DNA of 63,175 nucleotides, counting the filler, from Saprolegnia diclina VS20 (lineage: Eukaryota), in assembly GCF_000281045.1 (NCBI RefSeq). It is 5 parts of 3 records of this genome, joined end to end, with 100 filler letters (N's around TTAATTAATTAA, not from the genome) between each part and the next. Parts side by side here need not be neighbours in the genome. Positions count along the whole stretch, not along the records: positions 1 to 23,455 come from NW_008246124.1; 4 more parts are not named here. One strand, given 5' to 3'. Below the pieces are notes generated by a model that was not told where the DNA came from, made no database searches, and worked only from the letters and a program-made list of their open reading frames with translations. Shown piece after piece: positions 1-11,850 of the stretch; position 1 is the stretch's first letter; every line of letters begins with the position of its first letter. Both the position numbers and the translations under genes were made by a program.

Positions 1-566
1 CAACGGTATCGGAAGGCCCATCGAACGTACAATGATGAGGTCGTGAATAAATCACGGTTGCTGTGAATGGCGTTATCACGTGTGAGAACTGGTGAAAACC
101 ACATGTCTTTCGCGCCATTCGACATTCTCGTCGCTATCGCATGCAGTCATTGACGCACGAGTCGCGAGAGATTGCTGGGAATTCGCGCAAAACCGACGCT
201 TCGTTTCTTTCGAATAACGTTATTTCGAAGGCGACCAGAGAGCGCCCATCTCGTGGCCACAATTTGCAGTGGTGATGGGTTCAGCCAGCATGTGCAAGTC
301 CCATTCCGCCCCGCCTGTCCCGAATCTGGGGCGACCAGTCGCGCGACAAACGAAGACGCGCGATCATTCCGCACGACGCGCCGCAGCGACGCGACTCTGG
401 CCAGTACTTCTTCGCACTCGCTTTGGGTTCCGCCGAGCGCGGCTCTCTTCAAGATGGTGACAACCGAAGATACCGTGCAACTTCGATTCGAATCTTGCAT
501 TGTCTGCTACATCGAAGCAAATTCAATCGAAGTTTTGCGCGGTGACAGGCATCAAAATTTGAACCC

Positions 567-584
567 GCTCAGTTTGCATTTTGC
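567..584 (+). promoter_or_regulatory. Oomycete Inr+FPR core promoter motif
   Basis: GCTCAGTTTGCATTTTGC just upstream of ATG 586 resembles the oomycete consensus GCYCATTYYNCAWTTT. Confidence 0.6.
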
Positions 585-585
585 C

Positions 586-2151
586 ATGGTCGGGATCGCT
601 GCGGTAACGTTACTACTGGCGACGGCAGCGATGGCGCTCGAGCCCATCGTGATCAAAGGTCAGCGGCTCTTCGGCGCCGTCTCGGGCGCGCCGTTCATTG
701 TCGAAGGCATCAACTACTACCCGCGGCCCAACGCCGGCATCAACGACAAGAACAGCGTCGACTTTTTCACCGACGACCAGAGTGCAATGTGGCTGCCGCA
801 CGTGGCCGCGTTCGAAGCCCTTAACGTCAACGTCGTGCGCCTCTACTCGGTGGACCCGACCAAGCCCCACGACAAGTTTATGTGCGCGCTCGCTTCGGCC
901 GGCATCTACGTCATGATTGAGCTCGCGTCGAGCTGTCCAGGCTGCGAGATCACGTCCGAAGCCTACCCCGCGTGTTACCCGCCGTCGCTCAAGACACGCG
1001 GGCAACAAATCATCGCCGCGTTCTCCAAGTACAACAATGTCCTTGTACGTCCAGACAATAATCCCTTCCTCTCGCTCAATATGTTGCTGGCTAGGGGTTT
1101 AGCGCTGGCAACGAAGTCAACCACCGCACCAAAGACATCAAGTCGAACGCGCCGTGTCAAAAGAAGTTTATTCGCGACATGCGCGCGTTCACGACCGCCT
1201 GCCGGGGCTCGATGCGGCAAGTGCCCATCGGTATTGCCGTCGCCGACGCCGAACGCTCGGCCAACGCACTGTACTACAGTTGCCGCACCGACCCGGCCGA
1301 CCCACTCGAAGACATCGAATGTACCAATCTGTCTTCTTTGACCAGCTCTAACGCCTGCACTAGGGTATGGCCTCAACGTCTACTTGCAGTGCGACCCGAA
1401 AGCAACTACGGCCGTCGAAGGCCCCGGATACAATGAGCTCAAGACGCAGCTCAACTCGTACAAGATGGTGGCGCCTGTGATTTTGACGGAATTTGGCTGC
1501 TTGAACAAGGGTTTCCCGACCATCGACGGGTACGCGGCCCAGCGCACGTGGGTTCAAGTCCCGTGGATTCGCAAGGACCCCGATGTCCTGGCTGGCGGCG
1601 TCGCATTCGAGTTTTCGACCGAGAACGCCAACTCGATGGCCGACGCGCCATACCCGTTCACGTCGTACGGCGCACAGAACTACGGGCTCGGGTACTTTTC
1701 CCCAGCCACGTGCAACCACGGCAGTGTGCCCTGCGTCTACAACGAGATGCCCAACTTTAAGAGTCTGGCGCAGCAATACGCGTCGCGCGCCCGCTCGATC
1801 AACGGACTCCCTTCCAAGGATCAGTACACGGCGCTTCGGACGCAGCCGCCAGCATGTCCGACGGGCTTTGCTGCTCTCAAGACGATCACGTGGGCTCCGG
1901 ACGCCGCACCGAACCTCCAGTGCCCCAACTACACGCAGGTGGCTGCGTGCCCCGGCGAGAGCCCCGGCGTCGGACATCTCGATGGAAGTTTGAACAGCAC
2001 CATCACGCCGGTCCCGTCGATTCTCCCGACGACGGCCCTGGCTTCTACAGCGCCCGCACCTGCAACCCCGGTGCCGGCCGGAAGCGCTGCCACTAGCTGT
2101 GTTGTCTCTCTGTCGCTCGTGCTGCTTGTTGCGATGGCGCTCGTTGCGTAA
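586..2151 (+). CDS. GH72 beta-1,3-glucanosyltransferase, probably GPI-anchored (3 exons)
   Basis: Signal peptide; GINYYPRPN, NVVRLYSVDP, GFSAGNEVN, WYGLNVY and ILTEFGC motifs; introns 1045-1094 and 1321-1363 restore the frame; Ser/Thr/Pro linker and hydrophobic C-terminus. Confidence 0.9.
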
Positions 2152-2900
2152 GGAAACGATGCTTTGATATAGTACAAAATACTCTACTTCGTACGTGAGT
2201 CTCGCCGTGCACATAAGCTTAGAATGTGCGCACTCTGCACAGTGATCGATAGACCAGATATAACTCGTACAGACCAAATCGGGCCAGCGAGTCTCCAGGC
2301 GTCTCGTCCCACCCTTGGTGATCATGATCAGAATTGCAGTCCACAGAGACGGGCGAGTGTTTCTGCCTCGTCGCGGTTGCCTCGGCGGGGCGGCCTCGGG
2401 AGTTCATTGCTCATCGAACACCGCGACGTCGCGAGGTACTAGTATGCACCGCGTACGAAGGTGGTCGAAGCCGACCGATTACAAATCGAATGGGTTTTAG
2501 TCGCCAACGAGGAAAAAACGTACGTTTTTTATTGGGTTATTCGTGCGCGCTGCGTGGCTGGCTGTCTCGCGCTTTGTATGCGCTGGCGCCCAATGTGGCA
2601 TGACGCAAACGACACCGCCGCGCGTTCCGGCGTCGTTCCTATGGTTGCGTCACCATCCACTTGGAGCGCGTATTTACGATGTTTTTACGGTTCTTTCGTA
2701 CCCATGCGACAACCTTTCTCTTGGTCTGTGTATACTTCTTGGGTATGTCTTGCATCAAACCATTTTCATTCTATTGTTTACAAATATGGCTATATTTAAA
2801 TAAAAAGGCTTTTCAAAAAGCCGAAAAATGCAGAAGAAAAACCCCGTCGGCATGTCTATGGCGATCTTGGCGCCAACTGGTTTCGTATCGAGCAACTTGG

Positions 2901-2916
2901 TCAGTTCGCAATTTAC
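2901..2916 (+). promoter_or_regulatory. Oomycete Inr+FPR core promoter motif
   Basis: TCAGTTCGCAATTTAC 30 nt upstream of ATG 2931. Confidence 0.55.
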
Positions 2917-2930
2917 CACCTTCCAGAACC

Positions 2931-4328
2931 ATGGCGCCGTACATGACCAAGGAAGACCTCTCGCTCGCGCTCAACCTCTTTTGCTCGATTTACGGCATCG
3001 GCACGCTCGGTATTCCCGGCAACTATGCGCGCGCCGGCCCCGTCTACGCCTCGCTCGCGCTCCTCTTCATGGCGTCGGCCAACATTTACGCGTCGGTCGC
3101 CATGAGCAAGACCATGCTCGCCGCCCCCTCGTGGGTTCAAAACTACGGCGATCTCGGCGAGTGGATCGGCGGCAAGTACTTTGGCCGGTACACGGTGGTC
3201 ATTCCGCAGCTCCTCGCGTGTCTCCTCACGGCCTGTGCCTTTCTCGTCCTCGGCGGCGTCCTCCTCGACGCGCTCTTCCCGAACGCATTCAGTGCGACCG
3301 TGTGGATCCTTCTCATGGCCATGACGGCCGTGCCTGGCAGCCTCATCCCGACGCTGAAGGAGAGCCCGGGCATGGCGATGGCGGGCTGCCTCGCGACGCT
3401 CGCGGCCGACGGCGTCGCTCTCGCCGTGCTCATGGTCAAGATGGACACGCATTCGATCACGCCGCCGTCGCCCAGCGTTTCGTTTGAGCAAATCTCAACC
3501 GTCTTTGGCAACCTCAGCTTGGCGTACGGTGCCGGCATCATCATCCCGACGCTCCAGCGCCAGCACAGCCAACCGGAGCGCATGCAGCGCGTCATCACCG
3601 TGACGCTCTCGCTCATCACGGTGCTCTTTGCGATCATTGCGTCCTTGGGCTACTCGGTGCTCGGGTGCCAAATGCCCCGGAATCTGCTGTTTGCGATTGC
3701 GGGCCACGACCTCGGCTTCACCGCGTCGCGCGGGTCGGTCGTCGCGGCGTTCCTGGCCATGCAAGTGCACATTACGATCGCGTTCACCGTCGTGTTGCAC
3801 CCTGCGTTCTTTATCCTCGAGCGCCTCGTGTGGAACAAGCGCCATCGGTCGAGCGACACGGCGGCCGACTTTATCGAAGCCGGCACGCCGTCCGAGCCCA
3901 AGATGATGGAGAACGACGTCGTCGTCGCGACGCCCAAGGATGGTGTCGAGGTCATGCCGATGACGGCGTCGCGTCAGGCGTCGTCGCTCGGTGTGCGTCT
4001 GATTCTCATCAGCGCGGTCGTCGCCGTCGCGATTGCGTTTCAGGACCACGTCATGGACCTGCAAGACTTTGTCGGCGCGTCGACCATGTCGCTGACGTGC
4101 CTCATCTTGCCGCTGATTTTTTACTTTATGAAGTTTTGGACCACCATGCCGCTGTACGAGAAGGCGTACGCGATGCTCGTGCTCGCGGTTTGCTCGGCGC
4201 TCGCTGTGTATGTCTCGATCAACGCCGGCATTTCGCTCTTGACGCCACCCGACACGACGCCGTTCCCGTTCTGCGAAGCCAAGTACGAACACATTGTCTT
4301 CACCAACACGACGCACTACGGCGCGTAA
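2931..4328 (+). CDS. Amino acid/auxin permease (AAAP, Aa_trans) family transporter
   Basis: Single-exon ORF with about 11 hydrophobic segments; NLFCSIYGIGTLGIP, FGNLSLAYGAGIIIP and DFVGAS motifs. Confidence 0.9.
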   Translation: MAPYMTKEDLSLALNLFCSIYGIGTLGIPGNYARAGPVYASLALLFMASANIYASVAMSKTMLAAPSWVQNYGDLGEWIGGKYFGRYTVVIPQLLACLLTACAFLVLGGVLLDALFPNAFSATVWILLMAMTAVPGSLIPTLKESPGMAMAGCLATLAADGVALAVLMVKMDTHSITPPSPSVSFEQISTVFGNLSLAYGAGIIIPTLQRQHSQPERMQRVITVTLSLITVLFAIIASLGYSVLGCQMPRNLLFAIAGHDLGFTASRGSVVAAFLAMQVHITIAFTVVLHPAFFILERLVWNKRHRSSDTAADFIEAGTPSEPKMMENDVVVATPKDGVEVMPMTASRQASSLGVRLILISAVVAVAIAFQDHVMDLQDFVGASTMSLTCLILPLIFYFMKFWTTMPLYEKAYAMLVLAVCSALAVYVSINAGISLLTPPDTTPFPFCEAKYEHIVFTNTTHYGA

Positions 4329-5580
4329 GATAGAGAGGAGTCGTCGGTGTCCATTTAGTTAGTCGTTAGGAATACAACTCGTCTATGTGTAATAACCTCT
4401 TTTTTCGAACCAACGCACACGTAATTTCGCCTTTGCGGGTGCGGGCTGGGCGACGCTAGCACGGTGATAGCCGCTAGAACTAGCAGATAGACCTTTGTGA
4501 TAGTCGGAATGTAGTTAGTCCTTGGGGATTGCGTCTAGTTTGTAGTTGAGTCGACCATGCTTGACGGTGTATCTTTAAGTAGGATTCGAGGACGAGGTAT
4601 GCATGTAGGATCCGGCTATGGGAAGCCCTAAATCCTGTCAGTAGACAATTTCACAAGTTGTGCGCGCTGAGATCCACCGGCCGCGAACCTTCATTGCCTT
4701 TGTTCGAGGCGGTTGCGACGTTGCCGTTGCAAGCGTTAGGAGACGAAATGGTCAGGAATAAGATTTGGGGTGATGAAATATAAGGTGGTATATGCATATG
4801 CCAACTACGAGGCCGTGTCTAGAACGCAGTGCGCGTCGTGGCGAGTGCCCGCAGCGCTGAACTCGTCGAGCAGTGGCGCCGTAGCTTGGCTTGGAGGACG
4901 CAGAGGAGCTCGGCAAACGTGACGGTGGACGAGAGGACGAGGTAAAGGACCCCGGGGCCATTGAAGACGATCACCAGCACCAGCAAGAGCAGACGTACGG
5001 CCTCCATATTGTGCTCCAATTGCAAAATGAAAGATCGCTCCATGATGACGAGCATCGCGAATTGCAAAATCCAGCGAATCACACGAGAAAAAAGTGAAAA
5101 ACACAGGGTATTCCATCGTGAAATCAAGTTTAAAAATGAATCTCACATTTCACACGCCGATCCCTCGCCTTACAACCCTCGGCAGCAGGAGAATATGAGC
5201 TCTCGCAGAGTCGAAAAGTCACTCGATAAGACCGCTGGGATGCTCCATAATGACGGGAAAAGGGAGACGACGACAGGACTTGAACTGGCATGGCGAAGGG
5301 ATCATTCGGGATCTGCAATAGCCACCCAGTGCGAAGGTACGAGCAGCCCGTAGTATCATCGCCACTGGGGGCCCTTGGCGTCGCCATGTAGCCATAGTCC
5401 TTGGATAGCATAGCTTTGATTTGGATCGTCCTGGGTGTCAAAGCGTCTCGCTACTTGCGTGGCAAGCGCGGGGCGTGGCGACCCCACGTGGCAGCGCCAC
5501 AGCGTGAGAAACGTGTCAACTGTGTAAAACCTCTCAAACCACATACCAAGCATGATCGGGTTGTAGGGTTAATCGCCAAC

Positions 5581-8500
5581 ATGGAGTTCCTCGCCGAAGA
5601 GAACGAGTGTGGGCAGACGCTCCTTCGGCTCGTGAGCCGCGGCAGCGCCATCATCGCCGAGCTCTTCCGCCTCAGCAACAACATCCCAGGGTACGTCTAC
5701 CTGCGCATGGCCTTGGCGAGCTCATGGCGCGTCGACCAGTATCTTTCTCGGGTCGGCCTTCGTCGAGGACCCGGAGCAGCGCAAGTACCTCGACATCCTC
5801 TTCGACTTTGCGTACCTCAAGAACCCGGAGGAGTTTGAAAACGTCGTCAACAGCAACACGGTGCGCAGCGCGACCTCGCGTTCATGGGCGAACCCTCATT
5901 TTTGGCGGCTAGGAGCTGCTCGACGTCGACGATGAGTTTATGGACAACCACGAAGACATCCTCGACCGCTTCTACCAGCTCTTTGACAGCATCTACAAGT
6001 ACATCAAGGACTACCTCGACTTTTGCGAGAACCTCGAGAAGGGCTTCTTCATCCAGCACGACCTCGCCAACAACCTCCTCGACACGGACGGCGCGCAGCT
6101 CATGTGCGAGTCGCTCTATCTCTACGGCTGCATGCTCCTCCTCCTCGACCAAAAAATTCCGGGCCCCGCACGCGAGCGCATGGTACGCGCGTTTGCTTCC
6201 ATGCATATGACGCCGAGCGAGCATGGTAGGTCATTGCGTTCTTCCGCAACAAGGGCGAGTCGGCGCTCGAGAACATTGACGAAGTGTGCAAGCTCTGCCG
6301 CGTCACGGGGTACCTCCCGGGCATGGCCAAGCCGCCGCAGTACCCGGAGCGCTTCTTCAAGCGGTTTGCGCCGCCGGAAGAGGTCGTGAGCATGGTCATC
6401 GGGAAGCTCCAGACCGACGACGTGTATCTGCAAGAGCCCGCGTTCCCGCACCGCGACCACCGCAGCACGCGTCTCGCAGCCCAGGCCAGCGCGCTCTACG
6501 TCGTGCTCTACTTTGCGCCCGACATTCTCATCCACGAGAGAGCCAGCATGCGCGAAATCGTCGACCGGCACTTCAACGACAACTTCATCCTGGCGACCTA
6601 CATGGGCACAGTCGTCGACCTCTCGCTGGTATAGTGTCTTCTTCAACTATGACAGTAGCACGAAGCGGTGCTTGTAGGAGTGGGCGCCGTACCCGGCGGC
6701 GCGCGTTGCGCTCGCCAATACGCTCGAGATGAGCAACATTACGCAGATCGTCAAGACAAAGGCCAAGCAAAGCGTCAAGTCGATCGACCAGCTCTCGCAC
6801 TACCTCACGGAAGGCGTGTTGAACGACCAGTTTGTGCTCGAGAACCTCGACCCGCTGTTGCACTGCATTCGCAGCGCGAACGTAGTGATCCGCTGGACGA
6901 TCCTCCACAGCCGCATGCAAGAAGTGATTCCGATGATGAACAACAGCCGCGACCAGCGCACCGTCTTTGACAAGGGTACTCGTGGATAGTCGAGCAAGTG
7001 TACGATATGGCTCTGTAGCAACAGACCCGGACCGCCTGATCACGCTGCTGTTGCAAGCGTCGCAGCTCGAGTGGAAGCTCAAGCAGATTTTCCAGTCGCT
7101 GCTCGCGTCCAAAGAAGAGCGCTGGCAGCACTGCATGAAGGAGACGAGCGACCGCTTGGAAGAGCTCAGCGATTACTTTACGGGCGAGAAGCCGCTCACA
7201 CGTGTTGAGCGCAACGAAGACCTCATGGGTTGGTTCAAGGACACAGCCGAGAAGGTACGTTCTAGTCGAATTACAAAGGAATTGACGAGTAAATATTTAG
7301 GTCAAAAGCCTCGACTACGTCGACCACGTCAAGGCCGGTCGACGCATCAAGCGGCTCATTGAAGCCCTTCTGTCGGTCGAGCAGTTTGACCAAATCGACA
7401 CGTCGCTCCAAGTCAAGGCCTTCTTGGCCGAGTCGCGCCAGTACCTCACGGAAATGGTACAAGGTCTTGGGGGTAGTGCAACGGTACGACGGGTCGTAGG
7501 TGCGGACCGTCCGTGTCCGCCAGGAGGCCATGGGCATCATCGAGACGGTCTCGGATCTGAGCTACGGCTGGGAGATCATCAACGACTTTATGCCGATTTT
7601 GCATACGCGCGTCAAGCGCGATCCAAGCTGTGTCATCTTGCTGCGTGTCCGTCCTTCTCTCCTTGTATAGATAGGGTGGTCGTGCTGATGGCGAAGATGC
7701 GTTAGGCGCTCTTTTTGAAGCTGGCGTCCATCTTGGACATTCCGCTCACGCGAATTCACCAGTGCAACTCGACCGACGTCATCTCGGTCGCCGAGTACTA
7801 CTCGGGCGAGCTCGTCGACTACGTCCGGCGCGTCATGGAGATCATTCCGCAGAGCGTCTTTCGCATTTTGGCGGGCATTGTCAAGCTCCAGACGGGTGTG
7901 TGCCAGCCGCGACACCACCAAACCAACTCATGTTCGCGTTTTGGTAGACCACATGAAGACGATCCCGGTCAAGATCGAAGCGCTATTGCTCAAGAACCAC
8001 GCGCAGCTCAACGAGCGGTACCGCCTCGCGCGCGCGACCAACGAAGTGTCCAAGTACACGGAAGGTACAACATTTCCTCTGCGATCCAGTTGATATGGGA
8101 TGGCTATGATAGGTATCTTGGCCATGAAGAAGACGCTGCTCGGTATCCTCGAAGTCGATCCGCGCCAAGTGCTCGAAGAAGGCTTGCGCAAGGAGCTCGT
8201 CTACCGCGTACGGCAACTGCGACGCAGTGATTGAACTCAATGATGCATGCAGGTCTCGCGCGCGTACCATGACATTCTGCAGTTTCCAGCGGCGCTCAAC
8301 GCTTCGGAAGGCACGGCGATCTTCCAGTCGCTTGCGAGCACGTTGCAGGCGTACCGCCTCTCGTTCGAGTACATTCAAGATTATGTCGGGTACGCACTAT
8401 TCGCTATGATTTTATACCCATATTTCAACTTATGATTAGGATCTATGGGCTACGCATGTGGCACGAGGAGCTGAGCCGCGTCATCAACTACAACGTCGAG

Positions 8501-9728
8501 GCCGAGTGCAACCGGTACCTCAAGAAGAAGATTTACGACCGTGCATCGCAGTACCAGTCGCGTGCGATCCCGATCCCGCGCTTCTCGCCGCCGCCCCAAG
8601 ACACGAGCATCAATTTCATGGGCCGGTGCGACATGTCATATGTGTGTGGACATTATTGTCTTATTTGACTAGGCTCCTCCACGCGCTCTTTGTCATGACG
8701 GACCCGCACGACACGATCTTCTCGTTCCAGTGCCTCAGCTGGTTCCACGAAGACGGGACTGAAGTCGCCGGCATGAGCACGTTTGGCCTCTTGCACCAGA
8801 GCATTGGACTTCTCGGGCTCGTTGGCATTGACCGCATGCTCAGCTTCCGCATCGTACGTATCTAATTCTAAACCCGACGGTATATAGCTCCAACTAACTC
8901 GGGGATTAGGTGCACACGCTCAACAACTTGATCAAGTTTTGGGGCTCGACGGTCACGCCGTACTTGCCGCTGCTCGACCAGCTCGCGACAGGCCTCGAGC
9001 CGTACTGGCGCATGCCAGAGAACGCCACCAAGCTTTACGAAGCCGCGCTCAAGAAGGTCGAGAAGCTCCAGAGCAAGCTCCTCAAGGCGATTTTGATCAT
9101 TGGCCAAGCCGCGCTTCTTCGCAAGGCGATTGCGGGCGAGCTCGCGTTTAGCTCGCGCCTCGACGCGCATTTGCTCACGTGCTCGGTCGACACGCTCGAC
9201 AAAAGTCTCCTTGGGGACATTCGCCAGCACTACCGGTCGCCAACCACGACGCCGTACCCCAACCCCGCCGTGCTCGTCGAAGTCAACAAGTACCTCGAAA
9301 ACATGGGCGCCAACGACCCGTTCCAGAAGATTTACATCACGATGGACGCGCCCCTCGACGGGCTCTCGAGCCTCTTCCTGCTCTTTGTGCTCGCGTATAT
9401 GCCCAAGCTGCAGTACGACGCGGCGTTTGGGTCCCTCAAGCGCGTGGCGCAGAACCCGCTCGACGGGTCGCCGCTCGTGCTCGGCCTCGTCACGATCTTC
9501 AAGCAACTCCACCCGTCGTTCACCGACCAGTTTGTCGCGTACGTCGGGCAGTACATCCGGTCGCAAATCAACGACATTGCGCAGCGCCCGGGGGCGACCG
9601 GCGAGCTCCCCCCGGATGTGCTCAACGTGCTCATCTTCCTCGTGCAATTTGCGCGCGCGTCGCACCTCAAGCCGAGCATGCTCCACACGCACGTACCGGC
9701 CTACATCTTTGACGCGATGCAAATGTGA
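5581..9728 (+). CDS. WASHC5: Strumpellin, WASH complex subunit 5 (about 14 short introns)
   Basis: N-terminus [98 protein letters not shown]. Confidence 0.93.
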
Positions 9729-9940
9729 GCGAAGCTTTGTGGACGCAGGTTGCATGCCCCTTGACTATGCGTATACGCTGAAGACGATTATGATTGTTCT
9801 TTTATTTCACGTGTACAATATTGGACTACCGAGTCCGACGTGCCGAGAGAATGTTGGCGATTATTTGTGGTAATTATGGCACAATGTGGCATATACCACA
9901 TTTAATGTGAAGCCAAATAACTGGAGCTATAGAGCTCGAA

Positions 9941-10120
9941 CGCCGACGCGGCGCATCGTTTTGTACTCTAGAAAGCAGTGGCTAGCATCCTGCCAACTGT
10001 GGGCGATTTCATTTTCAAACGTGATCTGGTCGAGCGCACCTCGCGGGCTCTGCGGCCACAGCGGCCAAAGGGTGGCTCGGATACGATTGGCCAAAAGTGA
10101 AATAGATATGGCCAATCAAA
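9941..10120. repeat. Dispersed non-coding element, copy A
   Basis: Ungapped similarity to 37194-37362; 28/32 identical core CCTGCCAA..TTCATTTTCAAAC, followed by GATTGGCCAAAA and CCAATCAAA. Confidence 0.65.
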
Positions 10121-10332
10121 ACAGCGTACTAGTTCACACAAGCCACTTGCCCACACAGAGTCATGACACAGAGTGCACTCCTTGGGACTCTCTGCAACGG
10201 CGTCTGTCCCACATCCATCGCACTGCAATGAGCCGACCTCTGCGAAGCCCAAGTGCCAAGCCAGTACATACCTAGCCTTGCTAGAACGAGCTCAAAAGGC
10301 TACAAGGTGGCACATTCAGTTGAGACACCAAA

Positions 10333-11542
10333 TTAGGACTCGACTTCGGTCGCGTGCCACGCGTCCATTCGCTGCTTTCTTCGCATCGGAGCGCAGCTGG
10401 TGATGAGCGACGAAGCTGGTGTCGGCTTTGTCAAGGCGAGAAGCAGCTTTGCTTCGCCTCGGAGCTCGGGGTAGTCCCACACAAACCCTAGCTCTTCCAG
10501 CTGCGCGCGGCGGTCGATCGTCGTGGTTCGAAACCGAATGTTGGTGATCGCTTGGCCGAGTTTGAGTCCCCACATGGGTCGCGGCCACGGCAGCGTCGGC
10601 GGAACGACAAAGTCTTGGGGCACGAGGAGGTTGCCGTGCAGCTCCTTGTAGAGCTCCATCGCACGCACTTTCATATCCCAACTCGACTCGTGGCTGTCCC
10701 AGACAAACCTAATGCGTGTCTTGTAAGAGCCGCCAACAAATGCGACCCGCGTACCCCAGCGCGTCGAGCTGGCGCCGGCGGTGTAGCGTGAGACTCCCCG
10801 CGCGGCAGCGTAGATCATGCACCGCTCGGCCAAGCTTGAGGCCCCAGCAGGGCGGCGGCCAGAGCGGCGAGGCTTCTGGCACCTTGAACTCGAACGGCAC
10901 GGCAACGTGGTGGAAGAGCGACGCGAACGCTGCCAGCGCCTGCAGCTTAATCTGGAACACGAGCTCCTGACTGTCCCAGACAAAGCCGAGATCGTCGAGC
11001 GTTTGCTTCCGAGAGGGCGAGAGCGACGCGGCGCGCGATCGTAGGTTCGTGACGGCGACGCCAAGCTTGGTGCCGCGGACGTCGAGCGGCCAGACGTCCG
11101 AGGTCTCTGGCACGACAAATTCATACGGCACCGCCACATGACCATAGAGGTCCTTGTACGTGCGCAGCGCACAGAGCCGAAGGACCCAGCTGTGCTCCTT
11201 GGGGTCCCATACAAATCCAAGCAAGTCTAATTCGTCGACGACGCTGCGAGGCAGGAGCTTGGCGGCGTAGTGCTTGCGGAGCTTGGCGACGTCCAGGACG
11301 CGCCTATGCAGCGCCGGCGGCCATGGCGTCTCGGCCGGTACCACGAAGCGCGACGGCAGTGTCGTGAACTCGGACGTCGGCGCTTGCAGTTGCCGGACGA
11401 TCGCTATGACGTCGACATAGGTCCGCAGGTCTTCGCCCAGAAGCGCGCGCATGATGAGTGGCACAAGTGGGTGCACAAAACCGGATTCCGCGTATCTTTT
11501 ACCGGATGACCTGTGCATCTCGATATTCTCGCGGAACACCAT
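10333..11542 (-). CDS. Helicase-associated (HA) domain tandem-repeat protein (2 exons)
   Basis: Four ~75-aa repeats each ending LGFVWD, with YKxLxGxxxVP/WP/LG motifs; intron at about 10709-10753 joins two ORFs. Confidence 0.8.
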
Positions 11543-11731
11543 TCGATTATAGAGGTTTAATAGCTAAATACACGCCACTCTAGCTGTGAACGCAGCAATG
11601 TGCTGGAATGCACTCGCATGGGACAAGCTGCTTGGACCGACTGAATATGCTTGGGTGCAATAGGCATTGGAAATCTGCTCACAGATACATGTACGGCTGT
11701 CGTTGCGGTCTACGAGAGACGCAATGCTCTG

Positions 11732-11781
11732 TAAAGTTGCGTGCGAATAGCTGGTCTAAAGTTGCGTGTGAATAGCTAGTC
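11732..11781. repeat. 25-bp direct tandem repeat (2 copies)
   Basis: TAAAGTTGCGTGCGAATAGCTGGTC then TAAAGTTGCGTGTGAATAGCTAGTC (2 mismatches). Confidence 0.85.
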
Positions 11782-11850
11782 TAAGAATCCCATGGGCAAT
11801 TCAGCTGCCAGACGGAACATCTATTACACAATCAGCAACATTGAAGAGCG

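Noticed and set aside
172..585. N-terminal extensions of ORFs 172-1341 and 2661-4328 from non-ATG starts
   Set aside because: Inr motifs lie just before ATG 586 and ATG 2931, and the GH72 signal peptide starts at 586, so those are the likely real starts
4400..4460. Possible structured RNA (CGCAC..GTGCG stem)
   Set aside because: Short stem only; no ribozyme, snRNA or snoRNA core recognised
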